The position numbers and the translations under genes were made by a program. Shown piece after piece: positions 1 through 11,254 of a stretch of 64,000 bases of DNA. Numbering within the stretch: the stretch's first letter is position 1; every line of letters begins with the position of its first letter. The stretch lies in contig CM059431.1 of the NCBI GenBank assembly GCA_030390025.1, positions 140,556,001-140,620,000 on the forward strand. Direction: 5' to 3'. The notes under the pieces were generated by a model that worked only from the letters and a program-made list of their open reading frames with translations, had not been told where the DNA came from and ran no database searches. The DNA is from Squalus acanthias (lineage: Eukaryota).

Positions 1-695
1 GCATTGCAATAACATTATTCCTGTGGATATGTGATTAGAAGCACACACAATACCTGCCGAGGATTTCGCACACTAACTGTGGAACTTCTGTCCATTCACA
101 ACGTGTGCCTCTCCCAGCGCACACTACCCCAGATAATCTGCTCAAGGGTTGATATGGTAACAGTGCAAGTTCTGTCCATTCACTGTCTGTCCCTCTCACA
201 ATACCCACACTAACCCAGGTAACTTGCCCAATGCCTGATACAGTAACAGTGGATCTTCTGCACATTGTCCCTCTCGGTGAGCTATCAATCCCGTTATCCA
301 CTGCGGCAGAAGGGAAACACCACTGACAGTTTCAGAGATTGATCCACTAGAACCTCTACTGTCGTATAATCAGAATCATGTGTGTATTTGTAATGAGATG
401 TCTATAACACAGGGCAGGCCGGATAGTATTAAACATCAGAGGGAAAATATCACCTTCATAGAAATCTCCATGTTCAGTGAATATTAGAATCAAGTCAGGA
501 TTTGAAACTTTTCTCGGCCATTGTTCACTTTCAAATGAGGTATCCATTAACTGATATTTAATTTCTACACGCACCTCTATTGAAGCAGTGAATTAAATCT
601 TGCAATATTTTACTGAACATTAAAAAGTATTGAGAAGATGTTTTTTGTCAATACCACTAACATTGCGAACCTCTTTCTGACTGTTATAATTGAAG

Positions 696-2469
696 ATGTT
701 CAAAAGAGACACAAGGAAACACTCCGGTTACAAACTGAGACACTGAGAGTGAACACTTTCCTAATAAAGGAGGAGGTTAAGGTTTTCCAGCTGGTTGATC
801 GATACGCTGAAATAACGGTAATTTCTACTGTTCGAGATCGGACACTTGTAGAACATGAACTGCTGGCAAGAGGCCGAGATCATGAAGAGTGGATAGAGAA
901 ACATCTCCGGGGAGAACTGGAGAAAATCCGACCTGATCAATTGTTCCAAAGCAGTTTTTCCTGGACAGGCAATTTGCTCCAGAAAATTAAGGGAGTCTTC
1001 TGGCGATCCAATTCTGGGAGTTCAGGAGCAGTGAGCGGAGTCCCGGGGATTGGAAAAACAACAATGGTACAAAAGATTGTTCATGACTGGGTCACTGGGA
1101 AAATATACCCACATTTTCAATTTGTTTTCAGCTTTAAATTCCGGGATTTAAACGCCATTAACTGTAGAATAAACCTGAGGAATCTGATACTGGATCTGTA
1201 TCCTTACTTTGGGAATGTTCTGGGAGAGCTCTGGAAGAACCCAGCGGGATTGCTGTTTATATTCGATGGTTTGGATGAATTCAAGGACAGGATCGATTTT
1301 GCTGACAATCGGAGAAATACAGAACCTCAGCACATGTGCACAGATCCCGAAGACTGGTTTGAAGTGTCTGACATTGTGTACAGTTTAATACAGCATAAGC
1401 TGCTCCCAGGATGTTCAGTGCTAGTGACCAGTCGCCCCACTGCATTACATTTACTGGAAAAGGCTGAGATTAGTGTCTGGGCTGAAATCCTGGGATTTGT
1501 TGGTGAAGAACGGAAGGAATATTTCAACAAGTTTTTTGAAGATGAGACGGTGGCAGCAGCTGTTTTGAAACACGTGGAGGAGAACGAGATCCTGTGCACA
1601 ATGTGCTACAACCCTTCCTACTGCTGGATTCTCGGGCTCTCACTGGGTCCGTTCTTTACACAAAGGGACAGGGAACAGCAGCGAGTTCCCAAGACCATCA
1701 CCCAACTATATTCCTACTATATTTACAAAATTCTGAAAAACCATGACCGAGAGATTGAAAGGCCCCGTGATGTGTTACTGAAGCTTGGTGAGATGGCCTT
1801 CACAGGAGTCTCTGAAGAGAAGATTGTGTTTAGAAATGGAGATTTGATCAAGTATAATCTGCAACCTTCCCAGTTCCTGTCTGGGTTCATGATGGACCCT
1901 TTGGAGAGAGATGATTCTGCCCAGAGCGTTGTGTACACATTCCCGCACCTCACCATCCAAGAGTTTGTAGCCGCACTCGCACAATTCCTGACTCCAGATC
2001 CTGGGGACATTCGGAAACTCCTCAGTGAAGCCCACAGCAAGGAAGATGGGCGATTTCAGATATTTCTCCGTTTTGTTGCTGGTCTTTCCTCCCCACAGTC
2101 AGCTCGGCCCCTGGAGGAGTTTCTGGGTCCATTTCTTAATCAAACTACCTGCCGAGTGATTGACTGGGTGAAGGAAAAGGTTGAAGGACAGATTGGGAAC
2201 ACATCGAGTGAAACTGGTAAGAGGGACATCCTGGACACATTCCACTACCTGTTTGAGTCTCAGAATAACGCACTGGCTCGGGCAACAGTGGGATCTCTGG
2301 AAACAGTTACATTTAATGGATTGCGACTGACTCCGATTGACTGTGCGGTCCTGTCTCATGTCATTGAACTCTGTGATACAATAAAAAACCTCGATCTCGG
2401 AGGCTGCTCCATTCAATGTGAAGGACTGCAGCGGCTGGGACCCGTACTGCACAAATGCCGGGTGTTGAG
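696..2469 (+). CDS. NLR (NACHT-LRR; NLRC3/NLRP-like) immune receptor, large NACHT exon
   Basis: ORF 638-2473 contains Walker A GVPGIGKT, Walker B LLFIFDGLDE, sensor-1 VLVTSRP, winged-helix FPHLTIQEF and a first LRR (IKNLDLGGCSI). Likely acceptor tgaAG|AT at 695/696 gives DVQKRHKETL; donor AG|GTAACT at 2469/2470. No N-terminal effector exon is recognisable in the window. Confidence 0.93.
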
Positions 2470-3384
2470 GTAACTGTCTATTTGTCTCTAACAGTTGGGC
2501 GAATTGTAGAACAGTCACGGATTGTGTTGTTGCTCCGTAATGAAGGGAAACAACCAGTTCCGTTAAACCAGAGAGAAGCAGATTCAATACTTATATGACC
2601 AAAAATAAGAGGAGAGATTCGTAATTCCCTAAGGACTGGAGAATCTAAAATGGATCCTTGTGAACAAGTACAGATTTCACAGCCTTTATCGGATCAGCAA
2701 ATACAGGTCACTGAGTGCCTGATAATTCAATTACAATAAATCATATTTAATAGGCGGGGCAACGGGATATAAACATAAAATATAATCCGGCAGTAAAGGC
2801 AAAATTAATTTAAAATATTTTCCTTATCCACCATTTCAACTAGAAACAGTACAGAAACCCGAGTTTAAATCACTAATAGTTAGACATTTGGCCAATACCG
2901 TGCAGACTGTGTCTTGTCGAGGAGGAAGTTTCCTGGATTGGAAATATTGGGGAATCGGGAATTCTTTCAGCTTTAAATATTTACAATTATACACAGTCCT
3001 GAACATTGAGTAAAGATTGATATTCAAGATCTTAATTCTGCCGGTATAAATATTCCAATCTAACGGGTTTTGGGGTATTAGCCCCGGAGTACAGACACAC
3101 GCCGGCCAGCGGTGGGGCCCCGCACACAGCGGGCGTCTCCTGGGTAAACCGGGGGCAGTGACCCCGGAATTCCCCATAATCCGCCCCCTGTGTGTGAGGC
3201 CCCGCTCGGTGAGGGAACTTCCGAAAATTCCCCAAAAACTGTCGGGCCAGTTACACCTGAAATAAATGTAGTGTCAGTTTAATGGAAATAAAGTGAAAGA
3301 CTCCCCTCCCCTATAAACTAAGAGTACAGGGACATTTAAAAATTGCAACGGGACAGAATAAGCTATCTTGTTACGTAAAAACCT

Positions 3385-4290
3385 GGGGGGGCGGATTTTA
3401 CAGCAGCAGTCAGCGCCGTTTCAAAATATAACTCAACCCGAGATGTTATACAGATTAATATAATGCACAGAGTATAAAGTACAGGGAATCACCACTTTCT
3501 CATTTAATTTCGTCCACATTGCTGCCTGGGACGACAGGGATGGCCTCAACAAGGCCAGATTTACTTCACTTGACGCTGTACACACTGGCTGCCACATGAT
3601 GCGCCAGATTGGTACCACCCCACACCAACAACACAAAGCATTTCTACAATGCCCAAGCCATTCCTTCCATACTCATCAGCATTGCGGGGTTACCGCTATT
3701 TCTCACCATTCACTGCAACTCTCTAATCCACTTTCAAATGCGCACACAGATCTGTCCAAGAACGTAATGTATTGAAAATAAAGATTTCAATCTTTGGCAG
3801 CATATTAACAGAAACTTCACATGAACATTGGCTAAAACACACAATTGTCTTCCCTTGTGTGTTATTAGTTGGTATGATTGGACTAGGATGAGGATGAGTG
3901 AGATGGGGATGTGATATGTAGATAGAGAGGGGTGGGTGGAGGTGCAAGGTAAGTTGGTGTGAGTAAGGATGTGCAGGAGTAGGGTAGGGAAGGCAGAGTG
4001 ATGGGGATGTGATGAGTGGCGCAGCAGGATGAGGTTGAGTGTGGCATTGCAGGAAAGTTTCGTGAACTACTGAGATCATTGAAAGGTTTGTGCCACTGCA
4101 GCCTGGTCCTCCTGACGACATCCCTGCTTGTGTCTTCGCATGCAATGTGCAACCAGGCTGCATTGGTCTCCTGGGGAGGTCTCTTCCGTCCATTGGAAGG
4201 GAAGGGAACATCCCTGCGTACCTTTCTGCAGTACTTGTCAGTATTTGCAGCATCTCAGTGCTGTAGAACACTGACAGCACAAATGTCAAG
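3385..4290 (-). mobile_element. Degenerate Harbinger-associated Myb/SANT-like ORF remnant inside the NLR intron
   Basis: Minus strand ~4290-4060, across a frameshift, reads ...EMLQILTSTAER/..FPSNGRKRPPQETNAAWLHIACEDTSRDVVRRTRLQWHKPFNDL. This resembles the Myb/SANT DNA-binding domain of PIF/Harbinger partner proteins. A GGGGCGGATTTT TIR-like end lies near 3387. Boundaries are uncertain. Confidence 0.6.
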
Positions 4291-4616
4291 CTAAGTTTGT
4301 GCATGGCCCCTTTAAGGAAAGCGGCTGCTGGCGAGTCTCAAGTGACGGCACCAGACCCACTTCCTGTGATTGGCCGGGTAACGCGCTGGACGTGGTTTTC
4401 CAAGCCAATCAGGGGAAAGTCCTTCGACAGAGAGGGGCCGGGTACCGCCACCGACCCCGGCCGCACCCGACCCGCCCAGGGAGGGAAATCGCGGGGGGAA
4501 ACCGGGTTATTAATTTGCTGAAGTACTTTCAGTGATTGCTGCAATATCCGAGAGAGAAAAATATATCAGATCCCGTGTTTGATTCAGTTTGTTTCTCACT
4601 CTCTGTTTGTATTTAG

Positions 4617-4702
4617 ACTGAGGAGCAATAAACTGGGAGATTCAGGAGTGAAACTACTGTCTGCGGCTCTGAGGAACCCGACTGTAAAATACAGGAACTG
4701 CG
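4617..4702 (+). CDS. NLR LRR exon, 86 bp, with an apparent 1-bp deletion
   Basis: Acceptor ttTAG|A at 4616/4617, donor CG|GTAAGT at 4702/4703. Reads LRSNKLGDSGVKLLSAALRNP, then shifts frame to give (D)CKIQELR, a ribonuclease-inhibitor-type LRR. Confidence 0.88.
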
Positions 4703-4883
4703 GTAAGTACCAGACTGTGTGAGATTGTGTTTATAATAACTCGATGTCTGACACTGTACATTATTGTTGGCATCAGTAATAATGTTTTTAATAAACACTG
4801 TACGTTATTATTAGTATCAGTAATAGTGATATTAGTCATCTTGTGATTTACACTGATTCCTGTTATTTCTCTCTGATACGCAG

Positions 4884-5051
4884 GCTATGGGATGTCGGTC
4901 TCACAGATTCTTGTGCCGAGGATCTCGCCTCCGATCTCAGTACAAACCGGTCACTGACGGATCTGAACCTGGGATCAAACTTCTTCACAGACCGATCTGT
5001 CCCCACTCTCCGCCGCCTCATACTGACCTGCAGGAGTCTGAAGTGGATCCG
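4884..5051 (+). CDS. NLR LRR exon, 168 bp
   Basis: Acceptor gCAG|G at 4883/4884, donor CG|GTGAGT at 5051/5052. Encodes LWDVGLTDSCAEDLASDLSTNRSLTDLNLGSNFFTDRSVPTLRRLILTCRSLKWI. Confidence 0.9.
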
Positions 5052-5219
5052 GTGAGTGTTTGTGTAAATGCTTAATGTAATAAATAAAATATAAAAGGGA
5101 TTCAGTCACTTTTATGGGTAATATTTGTTGGAATTATTGTTGAAATATTAACCCCAGTCTCCCTGTTGACACTGTTGTACAATCTGTTTATTTCCTGTTT
5201 AATCTTTAATCTGTTTCAG

Positions 5220-5307
5220 GCTGTTGGGAAATCAGTTCAGTTCAGATGGAAAGAGGCACCTGCAGTCGCTGTGGGAATCAAGACCCGGACTGAGAGTGTT
5301 TGTGTGA
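5220..5307 (+). CDS. NLR terminal coding exon
   Basis: Pyrimidine tract then tttCAG|G at 5219/5220. Encodes LLGNQFSSDGKRHLQSLWESRPGLRVFV, TGA at 5305-5307. Phase matches the preceding exon. Confidence 0.85.
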
Positions 5308-5639
5308 ACATTTCAATTAATGACCATTATTGGTCTCATTATATGGACATTTTGTCCGATTTTCTGCCTCTCCCCTTTAAGCGACCGCGCTCCGGGTTTA
5401 AATCCTATCGGCCCCTTTAAGAGTTTCCAGCTCGAGCTGAGCGAGCGTCATCTCCCATTGTGGCGTCAGAGGACCAGCCCAGGGTCACGAGACTCAGCCC
5501 CACAGTGCTGCTTCTGCAGGATATTCGGGGCTGAATATCCCCCAATGGGGCACTGGGGAAATGCACAGACAGGAAGGGCCCAGGATGGGGGTCAGTCTGG
5601 GCTGCAGTGGGACACTGAAAATTGCACTCAGTATTCCTG

Positions 5640-6820
5640 GGTGTCCCTCCCATTGAGGAGTCGGACTGTGTAACCAATGTCCTGTGTACAGTGTGTGTCT
5701 GTCCAAGTGAGGAGTCGGACTCTGTAACAAGTGTCCATGTGTACAGTGTGTGTCTCTGCGAGTGAGGAGTCGGAATCTGTAACAAGTGTCCCTGTGTACA
5801 GTGTGTGTCTCTCCCAGTGAGGAGTCAGGCGCTGTAACAAGCCTCCATGTGTACAGTATGTATCTCTGCGAGTGAAGAGTCTCACACTGTAACGAGTGTC
5901 CCTGTGAACAGTGTGTGTCTCTCCCAGTGAGGAGTCAGACTCTGTAACAATAATCCCTGTGTACCGTGTGTGTCTCTCCCAGTGAGGAGTCAGACTCTAA
6001 ACAAGTGTCCCTGTGTACAGTGTGTGTCTCTCCCAGTGAGGAGTCAGACTCTGTAACAAGTGTACCTGTGTACAGTGTGTGTCTCTCCCAGTGAGGAGTC
6101 AGACTCTGTAACAAATGTACCTGTTTACAGTGTATGTCTCTCCCAGTGAGGAGTCAGACTCTGTACCAATGTCCCTGTTTACAGTGTGTGTTTCTCCCAG
6201 TAAGGAGTCGGACTCTGTAACAAGTGTCATAGAGTCATAGAGTCATAACGGCGCAGAAGGAGGCCATTCGGCCCATCAATTTCGTGCCGGCTCTCTGTAG
6301 AACAATCCAGTCAGTCCCATTGCCCCGGTCTATCCCCGTAGCCCTGCAAGTTTATTTCCCTCAAGTGACTATCCAGTCTTACCTTGAAAACATATAGTGT
6401 CTCCGCTTCCAACAATTCTGTCGGCAGTGAATTCCAGGCCATCACCACTCGCTGCGTAAAACGTTTTTCCTCACCTTCCCCCTGTATCTCTTGCCCAAAA
6501 CCTGAAATCAATGTCCCCTAATCCTTGTACCATCAAGTAGTGGGAACAGCCTTTCCCCATCTAGCCTATCAAAACCCGTCATAATCTTGTACACCTCTAT
6601 CTGATCACCCTCAACCTCCTTTGCTCTAATGAAATCAAATCCAGCTTCTCCAACCTGTCCTTGTAGCTAAGATCCCCCATCACCGGAATCATTCTGGTAA
6701 ATCTCCTCTGCATCCTCTCAAGGGCCTTCACATCCTTCCTAAGTTGTGGTGACCAGAAGTGTCCCTGTGTACAGTATGTGTCTCTCCCAGTGAGGAGTCT
6801 GACTTTGTAACAAGTGTCCC
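5640..6820. repeat. 55-bp minisatellite interrupted by a CR1 3' fragment
   Basis: Unit GTGTCCCTGTGTACAGTGTGTGTCTCTCCCAGTGAGGAGTCAGACTCTGTAACAA; about 10 copies at 5640-6228 and one more at 6759-6820. Confidence 0.95.
6229..6758 (-). mobile_element. CR1 LINE 3' fragment
   Basis: Minus translation FWSPQLRKDVKALERMQRRFTRMIP...LEQRRLR and FTQRVVMAWNSLP; (CATAGAGT)n tail on the + strand at 6228-6246. Confidence 0.9.
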
Positions 6821-7130
6821 TGCAACCCTCCGAGATCTCTCCACTCGTCTGACCTGCTGCATATCCACGATTTTCATTGCTCCACATTGGCGCCATGACT
6901 TCAGCTGCGAAGGCCCTAAACTCTGGAATTCCCTCCCTGAACCTCTTCGCAGCTCTACCTCTCCCTCCTCCTCCTTTAAACGCTTTTTAAAACTTACTTC
7001 TTTCACCGAGATTTTGGTCATCTGTCCTAAAATCTCTTTATGCGGCTCAGTGTCAAACTTTGTCTGATAATTGCCTTGTGTCGTTTCGTTACATTGAAGA
7101 CGCTATATAAATGCAAGTTATTGTTGTTGT
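6821..7130 (+). mobile_element. L2-clade LINE/SINE 3' tail
   Basis: Encodes FSCEGPKLWNSLP...FKRFLK and ends ATAAATGCAAGTTATTGTTGTTG; similar to 61260-61590. Confidence 0.7.
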
Positions 7131-8097
7131 CCCTGTGTTGTGTTAATAAAACTCCACCGCTTACTTCAGCTCACGCCTGGTCTCCTTATTTTCATAAAAA
7201 CTGGCTTCATTGTTTGAATATATTGCATAAAGGTTCCTCAAAATTACATCCCACCTTCTCCAAACGACACTGTGGACGCGACCTGTCGGTCTATTGAAGC
7301 GGGTGGTCTTACTCGGGAGGCTGGATATACAATTTACACAAGATGGTGAGACTGAGTGTCGGCAAAAGAGCGCAGCTGGGACTCTAAAAATGGCGCCCCA
7401 CAGGCAACGGGAAATGACCGCTATGGACCTGTCGTAAAATGGTCAACATTACCCTGCAGCAAAATGGCCCCCATCAATCTGCAACAAATCATAGAATCAT
7501 ACAGCCCATTCGGCCCATCCTGCCTGTGCCGGCTTTTTGAAAGAGCGATCCAATTAGTCCCTCTCCCCGTAGCCATGCAAACTGTGTATTTACAAGGATA
7601 CAAGTACAATCTGCCTCCACCACCCTTTCAGGCAGTGCATTCCAGATCAGAACAACTCGCTGCAGCAAAAATCATCCTCATCTCTGCTCTGGTTCTTTGC
7701 CAATTATTTTATACCTGTGCCCTTTGGTTACCCAGCCTCCTGCCCCGGAAATAGTTTCTCCCTATTTACTCTATCAAAGCACGTCAAATGGCCTCCATGT
7801 CCCCTCAAATTTGTCGCATGGCTCGGAAACACAAGCATTATTTTGAAATGTCCATCCAGGGGTTCATGTTTCCGAATTTAATTTCCTCTCCGCCCCTGTT
7901 CATCACGGACCGAGTTAACATGTTTTTGTAACATTGCAGGCCGGGCGACATTAAACCAGCCTTTAACCTCTTTAAAACACAAGGGTCACAATCGAACAGG
8001 AACTTGTCAGGCCGAGCAAACAAAACCAGAGCCCAGAGAGGAAATTGAACCCCCGGTAATAAACAGAGAGAAATCACATGCATCCCATTGGGTACAA

Positions 8098-8660
8098 CCT
8101 CTGGAGGAGGCCCCGGTCAGTCACATCTAAAGGAGGTCTCGCACAGTCACCTCAGAAGGAGGTCTCGCACAGTCCCCTCTGAAGGAGGTCTCGCACAGTC
8201 ACCTCTGGAGGAAGACTCGGTCAGTCCCCTCTGGAGGAGGTCTCGCACAGTCCCGTCTGGAGGATGTCTCGCACAGTCCCCTCTGGAGGAGGTCTCGCAC
8301 AGTTCCCTCTGGAGGAGGCCTCGGTCAGTGCCCTCTGGAGGAGGTCTCGGTCAGTCCCCTCTGGAGGAGGTCTCGGTCAGTCCCCTCTGGAGGAGGTCTC
8401 GGTCAGTCCCCTCTGGAGGAGGTCTCGGTCAGTCCCCTCTGGAGGAGGCCTCGGTCAGTCATCTCTGGGGGAGGTCTTGGTCAGTCCCTCTGGAAACGGT
8501 CTTGGTCAATCCCCTCTGGAGGAGGTGTCGGTCAGTCCCCTCTGGAGTAATCTCAGTCGGTCCCCTCTGAAGGAGGCCTCTGGAGGTCCGTCATTCACCT
8601 CTGGAGGAGGTCTCGGTCATTCCCCTCTGGGGGAGGTCTGGGTCAGTCCCCTCTGGAGGA
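8098..8660. repeat. 26-bp minisatellite
   Basis: Unit GGTCTCGGTCAGTCCCCTCTGGAGGA; period 26 (8343, 8369, 8395). Confidence 0.95.
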
Positions 8661-8984
8661 AGCTCTTTTCCAACATTCCTCTTCGCCAAATTTTCTTTCG
8701 CTTACTCCTCTCGTTTCAGTTTTCAAAGTTAATACTGAGAAGAGGGCGAAAATAAATGGATTAAAAGAAAGTACAATTACTAAAGACACAGCCCGGGTCC
8801 AGGGCTCATTTCCCTCACACAATTATACGGACAATCTCTCAGCAACACCATGTACCAAACAATCCCAGTTATAAACCAGAGGAACTGAAGAGTAAGAGAT
8901 TCAAAGTCAAGAAATGCGTTGCCGGCACACTGGAGAAACAAGACTCGTCGGTTTTTCCTCCAGAGAGGGGGCGGTTTCAATTGG

Positions 8985-9540
8985 GACTCACCCACCCTTG
9001 GGGCTCACACCCTGGGTCACACCCATCCAAATACCACCCCACTCAGTAAGACACCCACCCAACGACCCACCAATCGAGACACCAACCATCCGGGGACCCA
9101 ACAACACAAATACTATCCCACCCAGGGACCCACTTACCCAGGGTCCTAACAATCGAGACACAACCCACCCAGAGACCCAAGGACCCACGAAACGAGACAC
9201 ACCCAACACTGCAACCCACCAACCGAGACACCAACCCAGCCACAGACCCACCCACCCAACACCACCAGACACAGAGACCACTCCACATAGAGACCCACCA
9301 ACCGAGACACACCCCAAACTGGGAACTACATACCAAGACACCATCACCCCGAGAGACCCACCCACCCAGCGACCCACCAACCGAGCCACACCCCATATTG
9401 GACAGACCCATCCAACGCCAACCCACCAAGAGAACACCCCACACTGGGTCAGACCCACCTAGGAACCACACCACCAAGAGATCACCCTACCAAAACACCC
9501 ACCAACCGAGACACACCCCACACTGGGACCCACCCATCCG
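8985..9540. repeat. C/A-rich degenerate low-complexity repeat
   Basis: Recurrent GACCCACCCACC and AACCGAGACAC motifs with strong strand asymmetry. Confidence 0.8.
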
Positions 9541-9909
9541 GGTAAGCAGTTTGGAGAATGCAGGCTGGTGCTCCTCCCCTGAGCGTTTGACATGTTGGTT
9601 TATCGCTCTTGCACGACCTGTGTTTCAGCCCATTCTCATGTTAATCCAGGCAATGCCGTCCAGGAACAGAATACTTTGATCAAGTACATTCCATGAACCT
9701 GTTGTTTATTTGAAACCTTAAAATTTGTTGTGAAATTGGCTGCAGTTTATATAGTCCGCAACACTGAACCCACTCGCAGGCCCTCTACATTGCTGGGCCA
9801 AGAACAGCACCCACTGAAACAGATCACAACTACCCACAGCTCACACCACACCCCACAGAGAGGACTTGAAGAAGCCAGTGTGAAGTGGGACGGACTCCTT
9901 CCGTATCAG

Positions 9910-11210
9910 CTCCACTCCCTCCCTCCCCTGCTCAAACTCCCCTGTGTGAATTCATGTCTGGGGATACCCCCTCCTTCTCTCACCTGCTCCAAAATTCCCT
10001 GTGTGAATTTCTTGTCTGGCGTCATCCCCTCCCTCCCTCCCCTGCTCCAAACTCCCTGTGTGTATTCCTTGACTGAGGACATCCCATCCCTCTCTCACCT
10101 GCTCCAAACCCCAATCTCTGTATTCATTGTCTGGGGACATCCCTCCCTCCATCACCTGCTCCAAACTCCCCAGTGTGTATTCCTTGCCTGGGGACAACCC
10201 CTCCCTCCCTCACCTGCTCAAAACCTTCTTGTGTGTATTCCTTGTCTGGGCTCATCCCCTCCCTCCCTCCCCTGCTCCAAACACCCTGTGTGTATTACTT
10301 GTCTGGGGACATCCCCTCCCTCCCTCCCCTGCTCCAAACTCCCTGTGTGTATTCCTTGTCTGGGGACATCCCCTCCCTCCCTCCCCTGTTCCAAACTCCC
10401 AGTGTGTATTCCTTGTCTGGTGTCATCCCCTCCCACCCTCCCTGCAACCCCACTTGCCCCTCCCTCCCTCCCCTGCTCCAAACCCACTTGTGTGTATTCC
10501 TTGTCTGGGGACATCCCCTCCCTCCCTCCCCTGCTCCAAACTCCCCTGTGTGTATTCCTTGTCTGGGGTCATCCCCTCCCCCCCTCTCCTGCTCCAAACT
10601 CCCTGTGTGTATTCCTTGTCTGGGGACATCCCCTCCCTCCCTCCCCTGCTCCAAACTCCCTGTGTGTATTCCTTGTCTGGGGACATCCCCTCCCTCCCTC
10701 CCCTGCTCCAAACTCCCAGTGTGTATTCCTTGTCTGGGGTCATCCCCTCCCTCCCTCCCCTGCTCCAAACTCCCTGTGTGTATTCCTTGTCTGGGGACAT
10801 CCCCTCCCTCCCTCCCCTGCTCCAAACTCCCAGTGTGTATTCCTTGTCTGGTGTCATCCCCTCCCACCCTCCCCTGCTCCAAACCCCACTTGTGTGTATT
10901 CCTTGTCTGGGGACATACCCTCCCTCCCTCCCCTGCTCCAAACTCCCTGTGTGTATTCCTTGTCTGGGGTCATCCCCTCCCTCCATCCCCTGCTCCAAAC
11001 ACGTCAGTGTATATTCCTTGTCTGGGGACATCCCCTCCCTCCCTCCCCTGCTCCAAACCGCCCCTGTGTGTATTCCTTGTCTGGGGTCATCCCCTCCCTC
11101 CCGTGCTCCAAACTCCCTGTGTGTATTCCTTGTCTGGGGACATCCCCTCCCTCCCTCCCCTGCTCCAAACTCCCCTGTGTGTATTTCTGGTCTGGGCATA
11201 TCCCCTCTTC
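9910..11210. repeat. ~57-bp C-rich minisatellite
   Basis: Unit TGGGGACATCCCCTCCCTCCCTCCCCTGCTCCAAACTCCCTGTGTGTATTCCTTGTC; period 57 (10621, 10678, 10735). Confidence 0.95.
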
Positions 11211-11254
11211 CTAGAAAGTGATGAACTTTCCCTGTAAACTGGGATTAAGCTGTT

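Noticed and set aside
638..695. ATG at 638 as the NLR start codon
   Set aside because: The region is AT/pyrimidine-rich and ends in an AG acceptor at 694-695. It is more likely intron read in frame, with the true start upstream.
7140..7480. Possible LTR end with a tRNA-Lys primer-binding site (TGGCGCCC at 7391)
   Set aside because: The match is only 8 bp, is not directly after a CA terminus, and no gag-pol or second LTR is visible.
8088..11237. Long ORFs of 160-494 aa in several frames
   Set aside because: They are translations of the 26-bp, C/A-rich and 57-bp repeats, open in multiple frames and strands with no domain content.
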